Of a stretch of 64,000 nucleotides of DNA, positions 15,498 through 29,149 are shown in pieces. Source of the stretch: Phoronis australis (Eukaryota > Animalia > Phoronida); assembly GCA_002633005.1 (NCBI GenBank), contig NMRA01000082.1, forward strand, positions 224,576-288,575, read 5' to 3'. The notes below the pieces were generated by a model that was not told the origin of the DNA, ran no database searches, and saw only the letters and a program-made list of their open reading frames with translations. A program made the translations under genes and the position numbers. Position 1 is the stretch's first letter, and every line of letters starts with the position of its first letter.

Positions 15498-18400
15498 CGA
15501 AAAAACATGGTGTGGAACTGGAGAGGACGGGGTAAACATCCCGGTGACATCTTTTGATAATGAAAGGAACTAGGTCAAGGTTGTTGAAGTAATTTTTCTG
15601 GTGCTGGAAAGTACTGAGGCAAGAGGCACGTTTATTCACCAAATTTGCTTTTCTCGCAAGATACACCTTGGTTATCGTGCCTGTTGTCAGCATTGATGTA
15701 TTTTATGGTGCATTTAGAACATGGGTTTCTATGTAGGTGCGTGATTTTGAACTCAGGTTAAACATGTGGAGCAATGCATGATATCTCAGTTTACAGTCAG
15801 TTTTTGGTGCTAAGCCTACCTAATATCAAAGCAGCTAACTTTTGACTTAGACCACTCATGATTATGAAACTGGGGCCTGTTTCGTGAAAAGTGATTTAAG
15901 ACAGAAATTTGGTCTAATTCTGGGCTTGAAGAGGGTAACTGGTTCGCATAGTGGCTTAGAATTTTGCAGACGGTTGTAAGTCATTGGTATCGCTCACACA
16001 CTCTAATCCTTTTGAAAGTGACGTGCAAGTTCACTTAAAGCAGTTCTTTGAATCCCGCTCTTAGTCTTACTACTGTTCTAGTTTGCCTGTGTTAGTAAAC
16101 TCAATAAAACAAATAGCTTATGGTCTTTGGATAGGGCAGCCCCGAATGTTACACTCCACACAACTATTTCTGAAAAATAAGTTAAATCTCGCTTAAGCAA
16201 AAATCCAAAGTCTCTGAGAATGTGCTAGTTCTAGACTGTGATGCGCTAATAATCACTTGGCTAACCTTTATTTGCCAAGTGTGAAGTGGAGCGTAACACC
16301 AAGTTTTTAGTATGTCAAGTCACTCCCATGACACGGACCCCTGTCTCATCAGCTTGCTCACTCTTGTTAGAAATTTTTTTGGCTTTTGGAGAACACACGG
16401 TTCGTTAGAGCTCGAGAGCTGGTTCGGGGTATTTACTTGACCCAGTGACCCATTTTATGCTTTGAGTGTTACCTCGGGCAGTTATAGCAACCTTCGTGTT
16501 CTTCCTAAGGTCATGCACCGACTTTTATTCTGATTAAGAAACAAGTTGAGACCAGTTTGATAACTGTAAAAAGTCAGTCTTTTTGGCAGACGGCAGATTC
16601 ATAGCTGTGTTTAGTTCACAGTTGATAACGCATGGGCTAAAAAAACCAGAATGAACTTTCTGTAGAAGACTTGAACTAGTTTGATTGCGACAAGTGGATT
16701 ACATTTGAGAACAATATTATAGTATTTGGCAGAATTTAAAGCCTAGTCAACTCAACTCAATAAGAACAGACACGTTCTGCAGTGATGTTAATTCAACTAG
16801 TCTCGTTTTATTTTGGGCTATGCCCATTTACGGACTATTAATGATTAATGTAGTGATAATTTGATTATATCATCATACCAGAAGGCTGAAGCACAGCCTG
16901 AGGACTTGTGATAAATACCTTTTGATGACCAGGGCCTGAAATCTTATTAATCTCAGTCTGCACTCAAAACTTAAAAATTGACCAATGAAATAGCATACTT
17001 TGTGTAAACTTACGAATTTGCTCTCTAATCACGCAATGTGATTGGTTTTAAGTCGAGTCTGAATTTGGTGATTAGATCCTAGGCTTAGAACGGATTACCC
17101 AATTGACAAATTAACAAACGACTGGGTGCAAACAAGTGTGTCACTGGGTTGTTTAGGGGTCACCACACTCGAAGAATGTACTGTAGTAGTGGTTTGGTCA
17201 TATACTGATGATGGGCTTGTGTAAAATGAAGCAAGGTCAAGTAGTTCACTGCGATTCATTCAAAAGTTAGGCGATCTGCAGACAGAGGCATGTATGACTG
17301 AACAGGGTTCTTAAACAGTAGGAATTCTGAATCACGATGAAACCTCTATGCCTAAAAACGCCTTTTTGGAAATTACAGGATGTTGTCAACCTATAACATG
17401 AGAAGTCAAAGGTAAACACTATTTTTGGTATTTACCATGATTTAGGTATGTGTAAAATGGTCTGTTCATATATTGTGAGTGACATTAAAATGTGCATCCA
17501 ACATCCAGGCTAAAAACTACAGTACAAGCCAAAAGTATTCTGACAATATGACCCAGAATTCCCTGTCAAATTCCTCGTCAGACTAGTCATGAACACATTA
17601 GTTAGTAACTCAAGGTGGCTGAATACTTACCAGTCATTTTTGTTATCAACAGAACTGGGCGTTGTGACGGGGAAACGGTATTTCGCCGATTACTTTTGTC
17701 TTGTACTGACTGTTAATGTGACTGTGTCTATTTGGGTGGGAAGTTGTGTTCTGTTTTGCATGTTGTGTTTGGCTGGAAATAATAGTAAAATGTGCTTAAG
17801 TCGGGTCCATGTGAACTGGGATTTTGTCCACATAAGGCAAAATTTGGCAGTAATTTTCTCCAGCACTGGAGGTTTTCATATTAGGAAAATAAATTTATGT
17901 TTCCATCATAGTGTGACCTAAATCGAAGAATGTTTACCATAATTCAGATCTGCTCAGAAAATTATGAGAAGGCTCCTCCAATAATTTTCTCTTAGAATTT
18001 TGTGAAGGTTTGGCTCATTCTTTTGGTCCATCCAAGTGTTCTTAAAGCCTATCTTGAATGGTAACATCTGTAAATTTGGTTCCTACAGTATGTTAAGAGC
18101 ATCGATCTGAACCCACTAGTGCCATAAATTGCCAATTGTAACAAACTGTTAGGTGTATTGGCTTGCTTTTGTCTACGTCACCGCGAGAATCACCTTTTAA
18201 TTCAAACAGCTGCGAATAACACCCCCACACAGTGGTGTTCTATTCAGAACCCTATTCAATACAACTGTTATCGGCCTTTTGTTGTTTGTGCTGGGATCTT
18301 GCGGTGGCGCAACATGGCACGAAAAGGCAGCTTCACTTATCATTTGACGGGTTTACATTTGTGCGATTCAACTCTCGTTTTCATATTTTACTAAGACTTT

Positions 18401-20379
18401 GCTAGGACTATCTGGTTAACCCAATACAACTAAAACAACAAAATTCCGTTGAAGGCTTTAATGCGGGTTCCGAATGCCTTTTAGAAGTCAATTTCCACGT
18501 AATAATTAGTTAGTCAACGGTGCTTTGAAAAAACCCTCTGGTATTTTTACGTATTTTTGTAATGTGGCATTGTGCAGGCTATCATAATTAGCCTCTTTTC
18601 AGGAAATAGCTTTCTTTCATGATGTATTGTGGGAATGATCATAGTATTGTGTAACTACTTATAACTAAGAAGAGCGAGTCGTTGGTAGATTGTTTTGAGC
18701 TTTTCAGACATTACAATTTTTGTTTATTGGCCAAACAGCTACTAATGCTGCTGGTGATGGCATTATTTTTTGATATTAAGAAATGGAATTTTAAGCCAGT
18801 GTTCTTGAAGTAACTCCTGCTGATACCTAAGTGCATGTCAAATTAATGATGACAGCTGAATGTTTTTGTCACTTTGAGATACTGTTGATTGAGAAATTTT
18901 TGTTGCTGTTTAATAAATTATTGCAGGTTAATTTTCCACTGTCTTCATTAGCAGCACGAGTGTCATTTTTACTACTCAGATTCCTGGCCTCATTTTCATT
19001 CCTATAGATAAAATAGATGTCAAAAATAATCTGACGAAATTGTACAGACTCCTTGTCACAACTTTAAGCAGAGTTCTCCGTCGTGAAGGCTGTAAAATGC
19101 ACCATCAGAGCAGGTGTAATGTCCAATCGTGACCAACCAGGAGAGAGAAACGGAAGTTTCATTCTGTTATTTTGGCGTAGACTATATTTAAAAAAAGGGG
19201 CACATACAAGTGCCCAGCGATGTATTAACCTTGTACACAATGTCAGTAATATCACAATTTCGTTAGCACAGCTCGTTTTATTCGTTAACAAAACCAGTAA
19301 TCTCAAGACACCCACTGTAACACATGCATGTCGGGACGATCACAGTAATTTACCCACAATGCAGGGTACCTGTGCTGTACTTTCAGTTTCTGAATGCTTC
19401 TGCGCTTGACACTGTCATACATCAACTAACTTTTGATTTAGTTCATCCATTATCATATTAAGATTGGTCTTGTATTGTTTCCTACTCAGGTTACAAATGA
19501 TTCTAGGTTTGAAAAGAACTGACATGTTGTTACTGTTTCTGACCAGCCTCATTAATTTGCTCGAGATGGAAGGCTGGTTTCAGACACCTAGGCAATATGG
19601 CTGCCGTCAATTTCAAGGGATTTGTTGTGGCAAATTTCAGTTCCAACAATTTATAACATTTGTAAAGAAATTTGATATTTTTGACACCAGAACATGGTTT
19701 AACTAAAAAAATATCGAATCCTAATTCCTTAATAAGAACAAGAGATTTCTCAAAATGTCACTCGCACGATGCAGAATTCCAGTTGTTCAAGGCATTCAAA
19801 GTATATTCAGACATTCAGCACGAAAATGCGACACATCTTTCCTCATTTACAGTTTGAAACTACATACAGGCTTGGCTTACATAACTTGCATACAGCAGAC
19901 CCCTGAAGTGAACTAATGAAAATAAGCATTTTTGAACTACATGGTTCCAGTTCTACAACACAAAAGGTAACTCATTCTTTGACTTCAGGGAACTAAAGGA
20001 AATGTGAACAACGCTGCCTTAACAACATCCCAACAGGAACATTGTTACCAAATCACACAGTCCAAGGTATTAACAAAAAATAAATATTATTTTTAAAACT
20101 ACAGGGCCAAAAATCTAATCTACGAACTGCAACAATTCATTTTTTGACAATTCTACAACAAAATGAGCTCAAGATGGGTGTTTTTCAAATAATACAAATT
20201 GTAAAAGGTACAAGAGTATTCACATTCACACCTGTGGTGATTCGCAATAAAAGCTCCCGGTTAGAGTCTAATTTGAAAACCTTGAGTTTACATCTCAAAT
20301 CTAGGCGGGGGTCACCAAGTACAAACTAAAATAAATTAAATACTGATCTGCACAAAACCATAAGGAATGTGACTGAGCG

Positions 20380-20486
20380 GCAATAGTCGGATATATCGTA
20401 CCCACATTTTGAGAACCAGTTTGATGCTTGTTTTTCAGAGGAGAGAACTGGTTCTCAAAATTCGGGTACATTATATCCGAGCAATA
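20380..20486. repeat. Hairpin repeat family copy downstream of the ARMC6 stop (duplicated at 22701-22806)
   Basis: TCGGATATATCGTACCCACATTTTGAGAACCAGTT...AACTGGTTCTCAAAATTCGGGTACATTATATCCGA. Confidence 0.8.
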
Positions 20487-20711
20487 TATCGAATACACTT
20501 ACCATGAGTTCATAAAAATTTTAAAAAATGTTGTAAGTTGACAAGAAATTTCCACTAATACAAGCCCAGTTGAAGACAACGCCGAGGTAGCTCGGATGGG
20601 TGCAACCCAGTTGCCTTCAACCACACTTGAACAGATTTTTAATAATTAAAAACAGAAAATACCAATTGAAATATGAGTTCGTAAATCAGATTTGCAGCCT
20701 CAGACCTAAAG

Positions 20712-21887
20712 CTAATGACCTAAATCCCCACGTTCACCTTTCCAAAGTTCACGTAACTCCACCTTGCAGCCAAGGTCACGTAGGGCAGCTTTGGCCTCAT
20801 CGTCGCAATCTTTGAAGTTAGCACGTGCTCTGTTGATCAAATTCTCCGCCCCAAGTTCAAGGAATGGTTCAGCACAATCGCGGTTACGCGATATCAAATT
20901 CCTGATGGCCATACACGCTTGTTTCTGAAACCAAACAAAGTCCTGTAATTTCATTTTCTGGTAATTTGTATTTGAATTTTACACTGGCCAAGACAATTTA
21001 TTTTGGAATACAAAGAAAAAATACAAAAAAATTACAAGTTCATATTTAAACCTTTTTTGTCAACATACTGAAAAATTTTTATCAGGACTACTCCAGGAAA
21101 GAAAGACATTAATTTTGTTTTCAACAAATATCTCACCTGCACACCAGGTACTGTCTTATGTACCTCCATACAGCGAAGAATTCCTTGCACGCCTCCTGCT
21201 GCCATGATTCGTGCAGCATTAGTCGGATTGCGCAGAGAGACAGCACCGAGGGCTGCGCAGCCGTTCTCACAAACCTTTTGTAAAAAATAAACAACCTCTC
21301 ATCTTTCAGACCTTACACAACAAAATTAAACTAATTCTTGAGAAGATCTCAACAGCTGCATACTTACATGTAAACCAAAAGCAGACAACATCATGGTTTG
21401 ATTGTTTTGATGCATTGTGTTGTTTCATTTAGGACTGCTACAGGAATGAAGTCAAATATTCCAAAGCACAATTAAAGCAAAATGTCAAAACTACTGAGAA
21501 AGACATGAAAATGGAAGATACTACCTCTAAGAAGACATTCTAACACTGTTGTATGGTAGATAAATATTTTTCGTCTTCATGATCGAATCAAATCGTTTTA
21601 ACCAATCAACGTTCGTAGTAGAAGCCTCTGTACTCAGAATAAAGATGATGAACATTTATTTTGATTTTACCGATGGAACAAATAAAACAACTACACTTTT
21701 AAGAGCACTGTTTTATAGTCCGAAGACATGACAACAAGTAACAACTGATGCCCACCTGCGGGTTAGACTGATGTTTTGCCATGGCAGCCAAGATGATTTC
21801 AGCCCCAATGGCTTGGATAATGGCCACTTTAACATTGTCGTTGCCCGCCACTGTTTTAAGTACGCCGATGATCTGTCGGGTGATGTT
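20712..21887 (-). other. ARMC6: Second copy of ARMC6 exons 4-6 (probable uncollapsed allele, or partial tandem duplication)
   Basis: Exons 21756-21887, 21137-21274 and 20712-20924 have intact frames and a few substitutions (QAIG/QANG, RNP/RSP, VPG/VSG, SRN/SHN). Segment 19839-22129 is repeated at 22160-~24465, with a single N at 22159. Confidence 0.9.
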
Positions 21888-22993
21888 CTGCAATAGGAGA
21901 ATACTCAGGTCAGCTGTTTTAAAATGTACAAAGATCTGGCGCAGTGATGGAAATAAAACATTGGCAAGCCATTAATAGGCTTATTGGTCCACCTTCTATA
22001 GCGTGACCAGATAAATAATGCAGTTCCATGTGAATGCGATGCTAATCCAATGCAACTTTTTTCCCAGTCAGGCTGACATAACACAGACTACGTGCCACAA
22101 CCACAAGACTGTAGCAATCAGTGATAGTGAAATGGGTCCACCAGACCAGCCTGGGCACNTTCCTCATTTACAGTTTGAAACTACATACAGGCTTGGCTTA
22201 CATAACTTGCATACAGCAGACCCCTGAAGTGAACTAATGAAAATAAGCATTTTTGAACTACATGGTTCCAGTTCTACAACACAAAAGGTAACTCATTCTT
22301 TGACTTCAGGGAACTAAAGGAAATGTGAACAACGCTGCCTTAACAACATCCCAACAGGAACATTGTTACCAAATCACACAGTCCAAGGTATTAACAAAAA
22401 ATAAATATTATTTTTAAAACTACAGGGCCAAAAATCTAATCTACGAACTGCAACAATTCATTTTTTGACAATTCTACAACAAAATGAGCTCAAGATGGGT
22501 GTTTTTCAAATAATACAAATTGTAAAAGGTACAAGAGTATTCACATTCACACCTGTGGTGATTCGCAATAAAAGCTCCCGGTTAGAGTCTAATTTGAAAA
22601 CCTTGAGTTTACATCTCAAATCTAGGCGGGGGTCACCAAGTACAAACTAAAATAAATTAAATACTGATCTGCACAAAACCATAAGGAATGTGACTGAGCG
22701 GCAATAGTCGGATATATCGTACCCACATTTTGAGAACCAGTTTGATGCTTGTTTTTCAGAGGAGAGAACTGGTTCTCAAAATTCGGGCATTTTATATTCG
22801 AGCAATAAATCAAATGTTGTAAGTTGACAAGAAATTTTCACCAATACAAGCATAGTTGAAGACAACACTGAGGTAGCTCGAATGGGCGCAACCCAGTTGC
22901 CTTCAACCACACTTGAACAAATTTTAATAATTGAAAACAGAAAATAATTGAAATATGAGTTCGTAAATCAGATTTGCAGCCTCAGACCTAAAG

Positions 22994-25900
22994 CTAATGA
23001 CCTAAATCCCCACGTTCACCTTTCCAAAGTTCACGTAACTCCACCTTGCAGCCAAGGTCACGTAGGGCAGCTTTGGCCTCATCGTCGCAATCTTTGAAGT
23101 TAGCACGAGCTCTGTTGATCAAATTCTCTGCCCCAAGTTCAAGGAATGGTTCAGCACAATCCCGGTTATGCGATATCAAATTCCTGATGGCCATACACGC
23201 TTGTTTCTGAAACCAAACAAAGACATGTAATTTCATTTTCTGGTAATTTGTATTTGAATTTTAGACTGGCCAAGACAATTTAATTTGGAATACAAAGAAA
23301 AAAAATCACAAGTTCAAATTTAAATCTTTTTTGTCAACATAATGAAAAAGTTTTAGCAGGACTACTTCAGGAAAGGAACACATTAATTTTGTTTTCAACA
23401 ACTATCTCACCTGCACACCAGATACGGTCTTATGTACCTCCATACAGCGAAGAATTCCTTGCACGCCTCCTGCTGCCATGATTCGTGCAGCATTAGTCGG
23501 ACTGCGCAGAGAGACAGCACCGAGGGCTGCGCAGCCGTTCTCACAAACCTGTTGTAAAAAAATAAACATCCTCTCATCTTTCAGACATTACACAACAAAA
23601 TTAAACAAATTCTAGAGAAGATCTTAACAGCTGCATCCTTACATGTAAACCAAAAGCAGACACCATCATGGATTGATTGTTTTGATGCATTGTGTTGTTT
23701 CATTTAGGACTGCTACAGGAATGAAGTCAAATATTCCAAAGCACAATTAAAGCAAAATGTCAAAACTTCAGAGAAAGATATGAAAATGGAAGACACTACC
23801 TCTAAGAAGACATTCTAACACAGTGACTGTTGTATGGTAGATAAACATTTTTCGTCTTCATGATCGAACCTAATCGTTTTAACCAATCAAAGTTCGTAGT
23901 TCTAGAGCTGCAAATGAGAAAAATGTCTTGTTGCCATAGCGATTTTGCATATGAGCCAGAAGCCTCTGTACTCAGAATAAAGATGATGAACATTTATTTT
24001 GGTTTTACCGATGGAACAAATAAAACAACTCCACTTTTAAGAGCACTGTTTTATAGTCCGAAGACATGACAAGTAACAACTGAGGCCCACCTGCGGGTTA
24101 GACTGATGTTTTGCCATGGCAGCCAAGATGATTTCAGCCCCGTTGGCTTGGATAATGGCCACTTTAACATTGTCGTTGCCCGCCACTGTTTTAAGTACGC
24201 CGATGATCTGTCGGGTGATGTTCTGCAATAGGAGAATACTCAGGTCAGCTGTTTTAAAATGTACAAAGATCTGGCGCAGTGATGGAAATAAATCATTGGC
24301 AAGCCATTAATAGGCTTATTGGTCCGCCTTCTATAGCGTGACCAGATAAATAATGCAGTTCCACGTGAATGCGATGCTAATACAATGCAACTTTCTTCCC
24401 AGTCAGGCTGACATAACACAGGCCGAGTGCCGCAACCACAAGACTGTAGCAGTCAGTGATAGTGCAAGTAAGGTCATGATACACGCAAGTGTTGGTTTAC
24501 GAAAAGTTGACCACTCTGAACCCCTGAAAGCAATGAGTAATTTCATTTGATTACTTAAAGCATTTGACTACTGCTTAGTTTTATGAAGAGTATGGACTAA
24601 GCAGCGAGCAAACATTTGTGGAGTAATCAACTGATTTGGTTCATAGCAAAACAATTAAACTGTGTTAGCAAACAGAAGTATATTAATTTGTTCATACTTT
24701 GGATATTTAAGACTTCAATGTTCTCATGAGCAGATAAAGCCATGATAAATTTAATTACCACGTATAAAGCATAACTTTGTTTTTACGTATGTGCAATGTG
24801 TCCCTGCAAAACGGCAGTAAAGAAACAAAGCACCAACTGTCCACTTTGCAAAAATAAATTTATATATACGCTATCATATTTTACTTTTGCCAGGTTAAAA
24901 CAGTCAATGAAGCATGTTAGCAACAAGTAGCATGTGGCCCTAGTACATCACCAACAAGTAGCGTGTGGCCCTAGTACATCACCAACAGTTATCAGAGATC
25001 TGTGCTCAACACTTACAGCGTCGTCCATGCTGGACTCCAGTGACTTCATCATCATATCTAGTCCGCCCAGATCCATGATCTCTTGACAGAACTCATTTCT
25101 GACTGCCAGGCGACCCAGTGTTGAGAACAGCTCACCCAGTATAGCTTTAGAGCTTGTGTACTCTACAAGTAAGATTTTCAATGATAGTTAATTCGTTGGT
25201 AAATAACCAAGACTAGTTTGTGTGTGAGATCAATCCCAAAGACAGGTAATGGAGGAAACGATACGTGTCAATTATTAAGCATGCAAAACGTATGCAAGGA
25301 AACAAAGTTATCGGCTGGCATAACCTTTTAAAACTTTATAACAATGTTGTATTCTGTAGCGTGAGTTTCTTGCGTATCTGGCGAGGTCACACAGAACAAT
25401 GCAAAATCACGCGAGAGAGAGAGGAGAGTGTTCAGCGAGTAAGCAAAACACAATCTAGTATAGAACAACAAAAGGGTCATCACTAAAGCGACTGGTTGGC
25501 GAGGCTTTGATGTTGAATTATGACATGGAAATAATCGTTTCCATTCAACGAGTGTCTCAAGAATGTCTTCTGTTACAGAACGTAGCCCTAGGGCCTGGTT
25601 CTCAAAAAGCCTATTGTAGATTTAGCTAAATACCCGTCTATAGATGCCTTAGCCTGTTTTATCAAATCAGACGAAGGCTAAAAGTCAGAAATTCTGTCAA
25701 TAACTCGAAGCCAAAAGACAGAAATCTATCGCCTGCTTGAAAGTAGATGAAAGTCAAAAACTAAAAACACCAATAAACTCTTTTAGAAACAACAGCTTGG
25801 TTATTGCAAATTAACAAAAATTGGCAAATGATAGGCTCAATTGTTCTCTGATGCAATATGTGCGTTGGCCATTTTACTCAAACTTATAGATTAAAACATG

Positions 25901-27697
25901 AACATAACTGATATCACCTTTTCCGATATTTTTGGTGAGGAAGAATCTCATCGCAACATAAATTAAAGTGTTTACCTTGAGAAATATCAAGAATTGTCTT
26001 CAGAGCATTTGCTTCGGACACGATCATTTTAGCGTGTTCGTGTGCCTTTCCGAACGGCACCCTCACATCATCATCCAAGGTCAAGGTCTTTAACACTGAG
26101 CAGGCTTCCTTGACAACAGTGGGTGAACTCTTATGCTTCTGAAGTAAAGAAACCAATGATGTTATGATGTCCTTGGCAACAAAAGCTTGCCTGTTTGTTT
26201 CGTGCATAATGCACGAGAATCGTATCACGCGTAAGCACAGCTCCAACACACGGATAGAATTACCAGACCTCACAGCCTCGCTAAAGTATTCGATTCCTTC
26301 GGCATTCATGATATCTGGCTGTCCACTAAGAATAGAGCAGAGAGCTTCTAGGAACCTTAATGTCATATCTTCGTTGTCTTTAACTAACTGGAGTCCCTTG
26401 AAGAGGTGGTCAAACCCCTGGTTGCTTCCCGCGAGACATCTGTGTGGTAAATCAATGTTACATTGTTCTGTGATGATTATAAGGTTGTTTTGAACTGCTT
26501 CAGCCTGCAGTGGATCCAGAGACTGTTGCAGTGCCTCAATAGCATCGAGGACTGTGTGGGACGTGCCGTGCTCTTTGCTTAAGTGGAAATCCTTAAGGAT
26601 GTTAGAGAGGTCCACACCCTGCAATGACAAAAAAAAGTTTCAGTGAGTGCATCCATTATTGATGAAGTTCTATGAATTGAGAAAATTCAAAATAAGAGGC
26701 CACAATCAAAATTATTCAGTTTCAAAAGTATGTAATTTTATTCTTAAATTACAAGAAATAGTCAGATTTAAGAGCTGAAATTGACCCTTCAAACGAATAA
26801 GTGAAGATTATATTCAAACTGTTGAGCAAACTAACAGTCACATCTGCTATTGGAAATTTCTTGTTGTATTGTTTTACTTTTCCAGGACCCCAAATTTAAG
26901 CCCAGACTGGTAGTTGGATATAACGAGCCCGCACTTTGAGAACCAGTTTTCTTCACTGAATAACAGGCATCACACTGGTTCTCAAAATGTGGGCAAGTTA
27001 TATCCGACTATCACCGCCCGGGCGTACTTTTGGAAAATGCATCAGCCATACTCACATGGAATGAGATTCTAAAGCATTTTAAGAGAGTTTATACCATTAC
27101 TTAAGCTACGCAAATAAGTGCTGAAATACACTATACTCCGTTTCTCAAATTTAAAAGCCTTTAATTTTGTTCGACAGTCACTGACATTGTTCATTAGAAG
27201 AAAGCCTACAAACAGTAGAAATTCTGATTAAGACTACATCAACAGGCCCATGGGAAACGAAGGCCAACAGGCCTATACTTCTTGGAGTCCCTGTTTAGAG
27301 AAAATCACGAAGGCAAAGATTCTTCACTTTCACATTGATAAAAATTGCCCCTTCCATTTTTAAAGGTTGATCGTAAATTTCAAAACGGCCCATAATTTTA
27401 GTCCACACCATTTGAAGATAACTGTACAGCACAGATCATGCTTTCAATGAACTATGCATTTCTTAGTACTTTTGTTGAGAAATAAGACAAACCGAAATTT
27501 CTTTTTCCATTTTCTGCATCACAAACTGAAGAATTTCTACTGTAATAAATGTAAATCATACGCACAAACGACCGGCTTACCTGTGCTTCAAACTGCTCCA
27601 CAGCGGCCTCTATTGCCTCGCTAGGTTCTAAGTCCAACACTTCGACATTTTCATTAACAACGTCTTCAAAGGTTTGCTGAGTAATGCGCTTAGCCAT
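22994..27697 (-). CDS. ARMC6: Armadillo repeat-containing protein 6, ~462 aa, 6 coding exons
   Basis: Exons 27581-27697, 25976-26618, 25017-25162, 24091-24222, 23411-23548, 22994-23206 total 1389 nt in frame. Motifs: [87 protein letters not shown]. Confidence 0.95.
24921..24987. repeat. Tandem repeat, 31-bp unit x2
   Basis: CAACAAGTAGC(A/G)TGTGGCCCTAGTACATCAC. Confidence 0.85.
26909..27015. repeat. Hairpin repeat family copy (ARMC6 intron)
   Basis: TAGTTGGATATAACGAGCCCGCACTTTGAGAACCAG...CTGGTTCTCAAAATGTGGGCAAGTTATATCCGACTA. Confidence 0.85.
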
Positions 27698-28199
27698 CTA
27701 GAAGAAACAAAACAAGGTTATTGGGACAATAGTTGATTGTCTTTTTACACCTTCAGAGCTTAAAAATTACTTTGGCATTTGGTTGCTGGCTTGTTAGAGT
27801 TCCGTAGATGCAATAATCTTGCAACAGAAACTAGATTGAGCATGTGCTTCACCTATAATACTTGCCGCTATTTCACAAAGTCGGGTTTTCACTCAAATCT
27901 CTCCTCCATGGAACGATGTTTGTTGTACTAGTTTAGTTTACTGAATACTACAGCTGAATATTGATCATTTGCTCGTTTCCTTTCAGTTATGAAGCATTAT
28001 CAGTCACCAGTGAAGTATTAGATGCAAAACAATTATAAACCAATTGAGCTCACTCAAAATTTTCTCCAGCCATCTTACTCCTGCGTTCCGATCGATTCCC
28101 GTGGAAATTTAATGTTTATCAACAACAAAAACATATAGATAACCGATTAACCCTATAATAGTAGGAGAATTGCCCAAATAAACTAATTACACACCACTC

Positions 28200-28380
28200 C
28201 GCACTCATTGTCGCCAATTTCAGTTCTGATAACCGTTAAAAACCCATAAACCACTGGCAGTAATTTGAGAAATTATGGTATCTTCAATTTGGCACAGGCA
28301 TGAGTATGGCTAACCATGCTGCGCCAAACTGAAGTGCGCCAAATCAGTTTGGTGAAGGCATCAGTCTGGGCTGCAACAGG
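28200..28380 (+). repeat. Solo arm of the 47238-47663 foldback family
   Basis: CTCATTGTCGCCAATTTCAGTTCTGATAACCGTTAA...CCAAATCAGTTTG...CATCAGTCTGGGCTGCAACAGG matches 47487-47664. Confidence 0.75.
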
Positions 28381-28819
28381 CTCACAAGTTACAAGCCAAA
28401 ATTACAGAGTGATACAGACTGGCAGATGTGGAGGAACAGCTTGATTCAAGCACCTGTGGCCCTACAACAGTGCCATTGTTTACAGTCACTGAATAGGAAA
28501 GTTTGCTTGATCCAACAAGAGCCAAATATGACAATATCACATTCACGCTTGATGCTCAATAGTGATAAACATGACTCATCATGTGGTGAACTGGGCAGTG
28601 CCGATCAGACACCGAACTATCTGTGATGATTGATGAGTCGCAGAGACGAAGAAATTCCGACTGTTAGTCGGTTTATCATTTAAATTATGTTCTATCGGTG
28701 GTTTAATACAGAAAATTTTAAGATACTCGACAACGCACTTCCACAAATCAGACCTTAGTGCTTTCTGCCTGCTTGAATATTCCCTCGCACACAGAAAATC
28801 GTTTACATCTGAGTGCCTA

Positions 28820-29149
28820 GCAACACCTCGCGGAAATTAGAGCGCGGTAAAAATACGGTCCCCAGACTTTCCTAGATTCTAAAGTTTCAGTGCTAAAAAC
28901 ACTCTCAAACCTACTTCATTGTCGTATCTACAAAGAATACCAATACATTATCAGATTTATTTTGTGTCTTTTTAGAGGTACGAGATAACGGTGGACTAAT
29001 ATTTTGAGAACTTCTTTTGAGTATTATTTTTGAATATATCCAATAGAGGTCACTAAACGCAATATGGTGGGAGGAAAAGTTCGTGATCTGTTTTAGTCAG
29101 TGTTAATGTTTTGTTTTCATGTACAGTGTAATCTACGATCAGACTTAAA
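28820..29149. promoter_or_regulatory. Putative shared upstream/promoter region ARMC6(-)/VPS45(+)
   Basis: Start codons are 1.45 kb apart and divergent. E2F-like CGCGGAAA at ~28829-28836. The ARMC6 ATG is directly preceded by a splice acceptor, so its first exon lies in this interval. TSS not determined. Confidence 0.4.
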
